Part shown: in pieces, positions 1 through 11,085 of the stretch
Position numbering within the stretch: position 1 is the stretch's first letter
Layout of the letters: every line of letters begins with the position of its first letter
Source of the DNA: Octopus bimaculoides
Lineage: Eukaryota
Direction of reading: 5' to 3'
Assembly (NCBI RefSeq): GCF_001194135.2
Contig: NC_069004.1
Location: forward strand, 3,724,590 to 3,759,572
Length of the DNA: 34,983 nucleotides
Program-made: the position numbers and the translations under genes
Notes under the pieces: generated by a model
Database searches by the model: none
Told to the model about the DNA's origin: nothing
What the model saw: only the letters and a program-made list of their open reading frames with translations

Positions 1-910
1 GAAACTAGTAAAAGATAAAAACTAGTTTTCTTTTTGTTAAAAAAAAAAAAATCAAACAGCTAGGGGGGGGGGCGTCTAAATTAAATTATAACCAAAGCTG
101 TCCGTAGATAGAAAAGTGGTTGAGAACCAGTTTTCGGTTCTGAGTTCCAAAGATCAAACTGAATAGTTTACTTTATGCTCTTCATCCACAAGTGGGGGGG
201 GGGCGATAAAGCCAAGATACCAGTCATGCATTTGGATCGATTTTGTTGTTGTTCGACTGCGTGAGTTAGGTTCGCTTTAATATGTATGCCCTGAGCTTCC
301 ACTGTAGAAAGAGAGCGGTAATCGTCGCTCAAGCGTGTTTGCTTCGACTACAGGTGAAGTGAAGCGACGGACTGGAGGAGGACACTGCTATTCCCTTTGT
401 CTACTACAGTTACATATCAATGTTATCTGCCGCTTTACACTTTGTAATATTGCCAACACGAGCGCGCGCGCACACACATACACCCACATATATACACACG
501 CATGTACGCAGAAGAAATTGTGTTCGCGTTTGCCCGTACGCGTCGTCGTTCATTCGTATACACACTCAAACACATAAACCTTTCATGGTCCGTCGCCCTT
601 AAAAATGGAGGGACACCTTTTGAAAGGGAATAAGAAAGAGGGATTCAGTCCTTAGTTTGATTTTTGTCCAACTTTTGCTTTGCATTTAAACAATATATGG
701 CCTGTTCTCGTTCAACTATGTGTGATGCGTATAATGTGCGCATGCGCGCGCGTGTATGTGTGCGTGTGTGTGTGTGTGCGTGTGTGTGTGTTTATACAGC
801 CAGCATGTATATTGTGCATGAGTATATATAATTTGAATTTTATGCGTGTTTCTTTGTATACATATGTTTTTAGGAGAATTTTTTTTTCTGCTGTGATGTG
901 TCGCCGGCTA

Positions 911-912
<2 letters not shown>

Positions 913-1009
<97 letters not shown>

Positions 1010-1751
1010 NNNNNNNNNNNNNNNNNNNNNNNNNNNNNNNNNNNNNNNNNNNNNNNNNNNNNNNNNNNNNNNNNNNNNNNNNNNNNNNNNNNNNNNNNNN
1101 NNNNNNNNNNNNNNNNNNNNNNNNNNNNNNNNNNNNNNNNNNNNNNNNNNNNNNNNNNNNNNNNNNNNNNNNNNNNNNNNNNNNNNNNNNNNNNNNNNNN
1201 NNNNNNNNNNNNNNNNNNNNNNNNNNNNNNNNNNNNNNNNNNNNNNNNNNNNNNNNNNNNNNNNNNNNNNNNNNNNNNNNNNNNNNNNNNNNNNNNNNNN
1301 NNNNNNNNNNNNNNNNNNNNNNNNNNNNNNNNNNNNNNNNNNNNNNNNNNNNNNNNNNNNNNNNNNNNNNNNNNNNNNNNNNNNNNNNNNNNNNNNNNNN
1401 NNNNNNNNNNNNNNNNNNNNNNNNNNNNNNNNNNNNNNNNNNNNNNNNNNNNNNNNNNNNNNNNNNNNNNNNNNNNNNNNNNNNNNNNNNNNNNNNNNNN
1501 NNNNNNNNNNNNNNNNNNNNNNNNNNNNNNNNNNNNNNNNNNNNNNNNNNNNNNNNNNNNNNNNNNNNNNNNNNNNNNNNNNNNNNNNNNNNNNNNNNNN
1601 NNNNNNNNNNNNNNNNNNNNNNNNNNNNNNNNNNNNNNNNNNNNNNNNNNNNNNNNNNNNNNNNNNNNNNNNNNNNNNNNNNNNNNNNNNNNNNNNNNNN
1701 NNNNNNNNNNNNNNNNNNNNNNNNNNNNNNNNNNNNNNNNNNNNNNNNNNN

Positions 1752-1812
<61 letters not shown>
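913..1812. repeat. (CT)n, gap, then (CA)n(TA)n microsatellites; representative of pervasive simple repeats (others e.g. (TG)n 4665-4707, (CA)n 4897-4940, (GATT)n 5725-5750, (TA)n 6436-6492, (ATT)n 7094-7152, (ACC)n 7205-7228, (ATT)n 27972-28120, (TA)n 34159-34242)
   Basis: Read directly from sequence. Confidence 0.99.
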
Positions 1813-1814
<2 letters not shown>

Positions 1815-2153
1815 CGCGTATGTATAACTGCGTATGCGCAGCAAGTCAGCTGTTTACATCCGCTTGAAGAACAGAAAGTGAGAGATTGAGTGTGAGTGGA
1901 GTGCTGGCCTCTGCTTCGCCATCACCACCTTTTTCCCCTCAGCATCTCTTCCCATCATTCTTTGAGTGACCCAAAGCATAAAAACGAAAAAGAAAGAAAG
2001 AGAGAAAGACAGAAAGAAAGAAAAAATAACGAAGTGGCTTGTTCGGTATTTTCCCGTCGTTATTCCGTTAATCCTCTATTCTGTTGCTTTGCTTGTTCCC
2101 TTATCCCGTGCCTATTCAACTCCCCTTACATTACTGACTTCATTCACTTGCCT

Positions 2154-2198
<45 letters not shown>

Positions 2199-2477
2199 CA
2201 TGGATTCATTCATTCAGTTATTTTAGTTATTCTTTCATTCATTCAATCACGTTCACAAAATTGCCTCAGTTCTGATATTGCAGTGTGTGTGTGTGTATTT
2301 GTGTGTTTGTGTGTGTGTTTTGTGCAAAGGTGAGGCTAAATCATTCATTCAAGCCTTTGTGCAGCAGTTACCCCTTCGTTTCATTCAAGGCTTCGATGCG
2401 CGCGCGCGCAAGTACAAGCAGGCATGCAGGTTCGCGCGCACGCACGCACATACAGAAGCGCATTGATGTATGTATGC

Positions 2478-2513
<36 letters not shown>

Positions 2514-3457
2514 GTATATATATATATAATATATATATATGTATAATATATACGCACACGCGGAGACTAGCACACACACANNNNNNNNNNNNNNNNNNNN
2601 NNNNNNNNNNNNNNNNNNNNNNNNNNNNNNNNNNNNNNNNNNNNNNNNNNNNNNNNNNNNNNNNNNNNNNNNNNNNNNNNNNNNNNNNNNNNNNNNNNNN
2701 NNNNNNNNNNNNNNNNNNNNNNNNNNNNNNNNNNNNNNNNNNNNNNNNNNNNNNNNNNNNNNNNNNNNNNNNNNNNNNNNNNNNNNNNNNNNNNNNNNNN
2801 NNNNNNNNNNNNNNNNNNNNNNNNNNNNNNNNNNNNNNNNNNNNNNNNNNNNNNNNNNNNNNNNNNNNNNNNNNNNNNNNNNNNNNNNNNNNNNNNNNNN
2901 NNNNNNNNNNNNNNNNNNNNNNNNNNNNNNNNNNNNNNNNNNNNNNNNNNNNNNNNNNNNNNNNNNNNNNNNNNNNNNNNNNNNNNNNNNNNNNNNNNNN
3001 NNNNNNNNNNNNNNNNNNNNNNNNNNNNNNNNNNNNNNNNNNNNNNNNNNNNNNNNNNNNNNNNNNNNNNNNNNNNNNNNNNNNNNNNNNNNNNNNNNNN
3101 NNNNNNNNNNNNNNNNNNNNNNNNNNNNNNNNNNNNNNNNNNNNNNNNNNNNNNNNNNNNNNNNNNNNNNNNNNNNNNNNNNNNNNNNNNNNNNNNNNNN
3201 NNNNNNNNNNNNNNNNNNNNNNNNNNNNNNNNNNNNNNNNNNNNNTGTACAAGAGGCAGGGACATACCCTTTTCAGCCGTGAGTACACACTTTTTCTTTC
3301 ACATATCTCTCTTCCTAATTAACCACGGTCCCTATTTTTCATTCGTTTCAGCCCCTATCTTATTCTTTCTTTCTTATCTTCCGTTATTATTGTTGTTTTT
3401 TCCCCATTCATTCATTCCTCCTTCGTTCTTTGATTTTGAGCGTGTCTGTGTGTATAT

Positions 3458-3513
<56 letters not shown>

Positions 3514-3594
3514 ATGTATGTATATAATCGTCCATCTTCACCCCATATAATGTCACCATTCGTTTGATATGCAACAAACAACACTCACCAGCCG

Positions 3595-4076
3595 AACGGT
3601 GAATGTTCGACTTGCTAGAGATAGCAGTCAAATCGTAATAAAATCAATCCCTAATATATTTTTCTATCAATGCGGTACATAGAACATACGCGCTCCCGGC
3701 TTCCCTACACTTAAGGGGAAAGAAAAGAAAGCGAAACGAGCACGGCCCGAATGTTTTTCGGAAATAGGTTTAGTCGATATGTAAGGAATAACATTGAAAT
3801 CACCATGGGCACGGCCCGAATTTCTTTGACAAATAAATTTGTCCGATATGCCACGAAGAACAGTCAAATCCCCATTTAATCAACATCACGACTACTATAT
3901 TGCAGTTGTTAAATGCGATACATTGTGTACAAAAATATGTCCTCTCGGGTTCCGTACATTCAACAAAGAAGTGTGATGGTCATGTTCCGGTTGTCTTTGA
4001 TGAGCATAGTTCCAGGTCGTAGAAATAGCAGTCAAATCACTATGAAGTCAGCCTCTAATATCTTCTTTCTAAAGGT

Positions 4077-4116
<40 letters not shown>

Positions 4117-4325
4117 ATTTTCAGTTTCCGTGTATTTAGCAGAGGCAGGGTGGCCACGGCAAGAATATCTCTGAGTATAGGTTTGTTTGGTCGACTTGCA
4201 AGAAATAACAGTCAACTCACCATCAAATCCGCCCTTAATATTTTCTTTACAAAGGTTAGCATTGTATATGCACGATCCTGGGTCACTTATTTCCGCAAAA
4301 GGCAGGATGGCCACGGCAGGTAAGT
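3595..4325 (+). repeat. Cluster of ~5 degenerate copies of a CTAGAAATAGCAGTCAAATC-containing repeat
   Basis: Recurring GGC(C)ACGGC..GAAT...GTCGA(C/T)(T/A)TG..AGAAATA(G/A)CAGTCAAATC...TAATAT.TTCTTT at ~3600, 3740, 3808, 4015 and 4150. Inverted relatives lie at ~33400-33440 and 33570-33690. Confidence 0.65.
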
Positions 4326-4662
4326 TTTTGATAATCGTCGGTTTTGTCCATGTGACCTGACCAGGGGCTACACAGCATTAGGGTGAGGAGAGAGAGAGAG
4401 AGCAATGTTTATGTATTAACTATGTTGCCGTTTAGTTCCAGAAATAGTATTTATCAAGCTGACTGTTGTCAGATGCCTTCCGATCGTGACTACCACGTCT
4501 TTTCGGGCGTAGTGTATCTGCAAAGGCGTTGCTCTAGCATGGCCTTGGCCTTCGTCGCTGAAAACAAACGATAGAAGTATGAGGGATGCGATTACGTTGT
4601 CGAAAATGTCGCGTATTTTGAGACGGCGGTGTATGATATTCGTGTGTGTGTATGTATAATAT

Positions 4663-4708
<46 letters not shown>

Positions 4709-4894
4709 CTAGATTCTGTGCATTTGTATGGGTATATACGTTTAATAGAAAGATTATACATACATACGTATACATTCACACACACACATACACATACACC
4801 CGCATATATGAGTGATTATAGGCATTCTCTCTCGCGCGCGCATGTACATGCATGCACGTATGCGCGCACGCGCGTGCCTAAGTGTGTGTGTTTG

Positions 4895-4943
<49 letters not shown>

Positions 4944-5078
4944 ACATGAATGGGTATTGTGTGTGTATGTATATGTAGACGTTTGTGTGTGTGTGTGTGT
5001 GTGTATGGGTAAACATAAGCTATTGTTTCACGGAAGTATCATATCAAAATCCTTCCTTTCCATTTTCTGAAAAGCCGG

Positions 5079-5195
5079 CATGTGTGTGCGTGTGTGTGTT
5101 TGCATGTGTGTGCGTGCGTGTGTGTGTGTGTTTGCATGTGTGTGCGTGCGTGCGTGTGTGTGTTTGCATGTGTGTGCGTGTGTGTGTATGTGTGT
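5079..5195. repeat. ~30-bp TG-based compound repeat (CATGTGTGTGCG...TGTTTG), 4 copies
   Basis: Read directly from sequence. Confidence 0.8.
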
Positions 5196-5292
5196 GAAAT
5201 AAAAACAACATACGTTGAACAAGTGTGGTTGAGTGTTCCTCATTTTTAGCGAGAGACAAAATTGTATTACCATTATGCATGGCGTATTTCTA

Positions 5293-5323
<31 letters not shown>

Positions 5324-5613
5324 CATACATACATACACATACGCAGATGGATACTTATACACAAACATACATATATCTCATGCGTCCTACATATAAATGC
5401 ATTGTATATGTGTGCGTAAGTGAACGCTCATTTGTGTGGATATGTGTGTTTGTGTGTGTGCATGTATATATGTATGTATACATGCATTTAGATGAGTACT
5501 TACGTAGATAAACACACAGTTGTATATTATACAAGTATGTGTATGTGTGTGTGTGTAATATATTTATGCATATATTTATACACTCCGTTTCGTTTGAACA
5601 CTTATTTATGTAT

Positions 5614-5666
<53 letters not shown>

Positions 5667-6203
5667 TATGATTGTAGGTGCGGACGTATATATGTATATG
5701 TATGCCAACACAGGTAATAATGTATGATTGATTGATTGATTGATTGATTGACATCAACCATTGTTGATTATGAAATGGCGGTAGGTTAGGTGTACCTGAG
5801 GGTTAGAAATAGCGGTGACGATGGGATTGTGCACGGTGGTTACTTTGAAAAATTGTTTAAAGGGGGTTTACGAGGGGGAGCGCGGGTAAGGATCAGCTAT
5901 ATATCTCGTCCTTTATTCGTGGTATATATATATATATATAAATATGTACACTAACAAGCCCTTTGGCTTCTAAAGGCACAACTTGCGTGCATGCGTATGT
6001 ATTCACCGAGGCCCATAAACGCATACAAAAAATGCACACTCATACGCGTACATAATTATTGGGATATTTAGGGACCAGTTTGTTTATTTTCTCTTATTAG
6101 TTCCCAAGTGCACGGCTTTGGCCAATATAGAGCAATGCACGCACATGCACACTATGTGAGAGTGTGTGTGATTGTGCAAATTTGTGTGTGTGTGTATACA
6201 CAC

Positions 6204-6412
6204 TAGGGGGTGCTGAGAAGTTCCTGTCTTTGGCTCAGGAAGATTAGTTAATTATGATTTTATTCAACATAGTCCTGTCTAAGATTCATGCACTCATTGC
6301 AGTGGTCCTTCGGTTTTTTTCTAAGCCCTCCAAAAGATCTCGGAAGAGTGGGCCTCCAACCCGCTCTTTCGCGTCATTCTTAAAGCCAGGAACTTTTCAG
6401 CACTACCTCGTA
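6204..6412. mobile_element. Mariner-type MITE (~210 bp), TA-flanked
   Basis: Left end ta-GGGGGTGCTGAGAAGTTCCTG. Right end CCAGGAACTTTTCAGCACTACCTCG-ta is its imperfect reverse complement. A second copy lies at 29878-30052. Confidence 0.8.
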
Positions 6413-6430
6413 TATATTTAAAATAAATTT

Positions 6431-6499
<69 letters not shown>

Positions 6500-7115
6500 A
6501 TACATATACACACACTCCACATAATATATGTTTCTATACATATGTGCCTCTCCGTGTAAAAATGTGTGTGTGCGTGTGTATTTATTGCTGGATATACGTA
6601 AAAATAAATGCACGCACGCACGCAAAAGAGGCATCTCGTGACCATAGGCTCATGCGAGCATCTGACTCCCAGAAATTGTGCGCGCGTATGTATATATGCA
6701 TGTATGTATATATATGTATATATATGTTTGTGTGTGTGTGATTCAAGTAACTGTTTTTTTTAAATTGATGCTGGGGGTCTTTATTCTGATGCATAACATG
6801 AAATAGCAGAAACGGGGTTCTTTTTTGTTGAGCCCTAATTCTGCTCTGGATTAAACAAACCCTTGATTCAAAACCATTTCCAGTTGTGACTTAACGAACT
6901 TGTCCCTTTACTTCTCTTCCTGTGGAACTTACAATGTGCCATTCCACCACCAACTTGGGTTTTTCCTTCCGAAACGTTTAGGTACCATTTTTAGAAGATT
7001 AGGTTGCTTCTTCTTGCGAAGCGAGCTACCCTGATGTCTCCACTTTTTCTGCTGTGCTTTTCTTTTCTTTAGCAATTTATTCATATTTAGTGATTATTAT
7101 TATTATTATTATTGC

Positions 7116-7153
<38 letters not shown>

Positions 7154-7399
7154 GTTTGTGAGTAAACGCTTCCACACTTGACCAGGCCGCAGCATCGTCC
7201 TTATTACCACCACCACCACCACCACCACCGCCTTCATTGCCATCGTTCTCGTCGTCATTCCTATGCGCTGCTTTGAGGTGAACATGTCTTTTACCAGCGC
7301 AATCTCTCAGAAGAACATTTGTTGCAGGTCGTTCCTTACTCACCTCGTTTCTCAAGTTTGACTCGTCTTGAATTCAACCTTGAAAAATACCCTCCTTGT

Positions 7400-7515
7400 C
7401 ACTCTTTCTCTTCCACAGGTTCCTTCACCTTGGATCACTCTCTCGCAGGATCTTTCCCTCTCTCAACAGTCATCCTTTGTACATTTTCCCATATCCTTAC
7501 CAGCGCAGTCTCTCT
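7400..7515 (-). mobile_element. Degenerate 3' ORF remnant of an RTE-type LINE
   Basis: Minus strand reads ER-LRW*G...GEGTCGR(E)R across frameshifts. This resembles the RLRWxGHVxRM...EGxxxRGRP C-terminus of RTE ORFs (recalled family motif). Confidence 0.4.
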
Positions 7516-7594
7516 CTCTCTCTGATACAAACGCACACACAGAGCAAAATGGGACAATAGTAATGAGTATTATTGAGGAAAGAAGCTATCAGAT

Positions 7595-7846
7595 CAGTGG
7601 TTCACAGCTGGGGCCCATGTGGCTCTTGGCGGGGTCCATCTAAGATTTTGTTGCAATAAATACTGCAACACTAAGAAATACTACAACAAAACTCAAAATA
7701 TTCCAACATTTTATTTTATACAATCCTAAATAATATTTCATTATGAAAATATGATTCCATTAAAGTATCGAATGACTATGAATATCCATCCAAATAAAGT
7801 GCAGATCCAAGGGGTCCAAAAGTAAAAGAATGGTTAACAAACACTG
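7595..7846 (+). mobile_element. hAT-like MITE, family H1, copy 1
   Basis: CAGTGGTT...CACTG termini. Internal AGATTTTG, TTGCAATAAAT, CTGCAACAC and GGGGTCC...AATGGTT are shared with 9911-10174. No clean 8-bp TSD. Confidence 0.6.
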
Positions 7847-8604
7847 TCTAATGCCAAGCTTATTTAGTGGCGTTCCTAGTGTACGTGTGTGTCGTTCGGG
7901 GGCAATTCTTGAGTTTTTCAGAAAGGCCCTCAAATCTGTACAGACTTTATACAGCAGACCCCGAAAGTGTCACCCTCATAAGTAAGAAGCATCACCCGAT
8001 GCGGGGCCGCCCTCATTTGCACCACCTCTCCTACCTAAGTTACTGAGTTTACTGTATCACTCACCACATTCGGATTCCGCCCCCCGTCTCACACGTTCTA
8101 CTCTAACCTAACACAAATCTTCGCTCATCCTCGATTGAGTGGAGTGGCCTCCTAAGTGGTACTGCCAAAAAGTGTTGCAAGATTGTCGTTGGTTAACTCA
8201 AGGTAACTCCTGATTCGATTTTTTATTCCAGTTCGATTTGGTCTGGGTTGAAGTTACTCCGAAGTCAACTTTACCTTTCATTCGTTCGAGGAGTCGATTG
8301 ACAATATGTTGCTGTCGTTCTCCGCCATTTTCATTTTTTTTTTATCCGCCTTCCTCCCGATTCCTATTTTACTCGCTGTGTGGGGCTATCATAGCCATTC
8401 GATGTCTAAAAATTCCTTATTAATATTTTCATTATTAAATATTATTAGGAATGCATATAAATAATTACTAAAATACTTTATATATTGCAGAAATATAACC
8501 AGTTTATCGCAGATAAATTTTAACAGCAAAATCATAAATGGACTCCCGATGAGGACCACTGCTTTTATTATAGTATTAACTCCATAACGGTATGTTGGTT
8601 GAAT

Positions 8605-8770
8605 TGCTGCAGCATCGGCTTAGATGCCTCGCCTTATTTCTTCCGGATCTCTATGCTGTAAGTTCAAATCTCGCCGAGGTCAGCCCTTCTGGCCTTTTAC
8701 ATTTGGGTTCAAATCCCACCGTGGTCATACATTCCTTTCGTTGTTCGGAGTCGATAAGATAAACTAAAGA
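8605..8770 (+). mobile_element. Degenerate SINE family A with a duplicated B box segment
   Basis: AAGTTCAAATCTCGCCGAGGTCA and GGGTTCAAATCCCACCGTGGTCA, followed by CCTTTCGTTGTTCGGAGTCGATAAG. Smaller related fragments lie at ~135-245, 8245-8305, 9640-9690 and 24580-24670. Confidence 0.55.
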
Positions 8771-8879
8771 ACCATTCCGGGGCAACGGATTAGTGGAATT
8801 CTTATAGCAACTGACAGGTTTCCTTGTAGTATATTCCTTGGGTCTGTGTGTGTTATGAGTTCTTGAATTGTGTGTCAGT

Positions 8880-9381
8880 GTTTAGGGTGGTAGTATAAGA
8901 GCTGGTACTCTGCCGGTTGCGACGACCACAACGAGGGTTCCAGTTCATCCGATCGCAGGAACGGCCTGCTCATGAAATTAACGTGAAAGTACCTGACCAC
9001 ACCAAAGGCACACGTATCCTTAGTATAGGTTTTAGGAGTATATTGAAAGTTTACATAATAATGGTGGAGTATATAAAGTACGGGTAGATAAAATTAGGCT
9101 GTATAAAGCTGGCGTATATAAGGGTATGCTCTAGTTAAGTGGGCCTCTTTAAGGGTAGGCTATATAAAACGGTTGGTGATATAAAAGTGATGTTGTATGA
9201 AGTAGGGGCAGATAAGGGTGTGGTACATGAAGCTTTAATAGAATGTGACAAAGCTAGTCCTTTGAATTTCCAGGTACAAATTCGACTGGAACAACATGAC
9301 ACAACCCGCCGCCTGGAATCGAACTAGCGACTTTACGATCCTGACCAGAATAAACTTATCCACTAAGCTATTCGCCTTCAC
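8880..9381 (-). mobile_element. SINE family C (tRNA-like head at ~9300-9381), interrupted by a TATAAAG-rich insert at ~9035-9240
   Basis: Minus strand GTGAAGGCGAATAGCTTAGTGG...GATCGTAAAGTCGCTAGTTCGATTCCAGG is tRNA-like. Related pieces lie at 14430-14490 (+ head), ~20740-20830 (+) and ~30185-30350. Continuity across the insert is judged from the 30260-30350 copy and a recalled consensus. Confidence 0.6.
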
Positions 9382-9910
9382 TCGAGTGGTAGTATATAGT
9401 TAGGCGTAGTGTAGTAGTAACCATTGTTGTAGAATTAATCAGAATGGAGGTGTATTGTTTTATTTCCTGAATTACACTTCCTTCTTAAGGCAGTTATCTC
9501 CCCGTCAATTTTCCATAGCCTGCCATTTTAATAATATTTTGGCCACACCGACACAGAATCTACAGCTTTCTTCTTCTTTTTTTTTCATATTAAATTTTGT
9601 ATTAATATATGCAGCTTTCATCTCTTCCCTTGATGGCATTTGCTCTAGCTGCTTACGCTCCGGGTTCAAATCACACCGAGGCCAATTTTGACTAACATTT
9701 TTCTGAGCTCAGTAAATTATAAGGCTGTTTTTGTTGTGTGTGTGCGTGTGTGCATAGAGTGGCTTGTGCGGTTGGTTACCAGTTCATAGAGTAGGTAGCA
9801 TCGTAGGTTAGGTTGTACTGTCGTGACATATGGTGTTGAAGTGTTCAGTGTAGGTCTTAGTGACGGTGGTGTTATAGTTAATAGTAGTATGGAACTGTGT
9901 TCGTATACAC

Positions 9911-10174
9911 CAGTCTTTCTCAACCGGGGTCCTACGTAGCCGTTTGGCACCACAAAAGATTTTGCAGTTAAAATTTCTTTGCAATAAATTGGTTTATAGT
10001 TCTGCAACACAAAATGTTTTTACAATTTTTTTTACACGATTCCTAAGACTGTTTAATCATAATAAATTAATGAGACCTTTTGAATCTTCAAATGTCTGTG
10101 TGAGGTCCCGTAAGGTAAAATAGAAATCGAATGGGTCCTCTGTCAAAAAAAAAAAAAATGGTTGAGAACCAATG
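9911..10174 (+). mobile_element. hAT-like MITE, family H1, copy 2
   Basis: TIRs CAGTCTTTCTCAACC ... GGTTGAGAACCAATG. Internal similarity to 7595-7846. No TSD match. Confidence 0.7.
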
Positions 10175-10225
10175 TGGTGTAGAGGTGTATTGGGTATAAC
10201 TATCATGTACTGGTATATCGAGTAC

Positions 10226-10480
10226 CAGTGTCTCGCAACCATTTTTTACCTATGGAACCTCTTCGATTCTTATTTCACTCCGGTGGACCTCCATAGCCAT
10301 TCGATCTAATTAGGCATAATTAAATGTTATTAGAAATGTTATTTAAAAAAAATTCTTAAAATGTTTTGTTTAGAACCGATTCACTCCACATAAATTTTGA
10401 CAACCAAATCTTATATGGGCCCCAAAGTTCATTTAGACACCCGAGGGTCATATAGACCCCTAATATATGGGAACAGACTA
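10226..10480 (-). mobile_element. hAT-like MITE, family H1, copy 3, inverted relative to copy 2
   Basis: CAGTGTCTCGCAACCATTTTTTACCTATGGAACCTCTTCGATTCTTATTTCAC..GGACCTC is the degenerate reverse complement of the right end of 9911-10174. The far end is degenerate and its boundary approximate. Confidence 0.6.
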
Positions 10481-10844
10481 GGCCAGCTGTGAATATAGGG
10501 GCTACGTCTGGTTGGCTTTATTGAGGAATATATTGAGAAAACTATAAAGTAGAACGAACTATACAGGGTTGCATTAATTAGGGACATACTGAAAAGTAGG
10601 TATATAAAGAAGTTTTACAGAGGGTAGACTATATAAGGTAAGGGTACAGAAGATTAGGGTATATAAAGCTGGCGTATATAATGGCATGCTGTAGTCAAGT
10701 AGGGCTCTATAATGGTAAGCTATGCAAAGAAGTTGGTATATGAGGCTGTATGAAGTAGGGCCATATGAAGGTGTGCTATATAAAGCTGTGGTATGTAAGG
10801 GTAGGCTATATATATAGCAAGCGTATGTTAGGGTAGACTATAGG

Positions 10845-10987
10845 GTATACTATATAAAGCCAGGGTACATGTAGACTGTATAAAGCCAGGGTACCTGTAG
10901 ACTATATAAAGCCAGGGTACATGTAGACTATATAAAGCCAGGGTACATGTAGACTATATAAAGCCAGGGTACATGTTGACTATATAA
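10845..10987. repeat. 26-bp minisatellite GTAGACTATATAAAGCCAGGGTACAT, 5.5 copies
   Basis: Units start at 10845, 10871, 10897, 10923, 10949 and 10975, with 0-2 mismatches each. Confidence 0.95.
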
Positions 10988-11085
10988 GGTTAAGCAACCA
11001 AAAACAGAGATATACAGGGGTAGACTATATGAGGCCGGCGTATACATCTTTTATTTTCTAAAATTAAGATAAACAAAGATCTTTT

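Noticed and set aside
112-131. AAAGTGGTTGAGAACCAGT, resembling an hAT right TIR
   Set aside because: The matching left end would lie outside the window, so it cannot be confirmed.
7077-7355. 92-aa minus ORF with poly-Gly and acidic stretch
   Set aside because: Poly-G and poly-I come from (GGT)n and (AAT)n repeats; no recognisable domain, and it lies just past a donor-like site.
7990-8085. GC boxes (CCGCCC x2) and near-octamer ATTTGCAC
   Set aside because: Short, imperfect motifs with no downstream snRNA or gene recognisable.
10845-10987. 26-bp repeat array as a CRISPR
   Set aside because: Units are directly adjacent with no unique spacers, the context is eukaryotic, and there are no cas genes.
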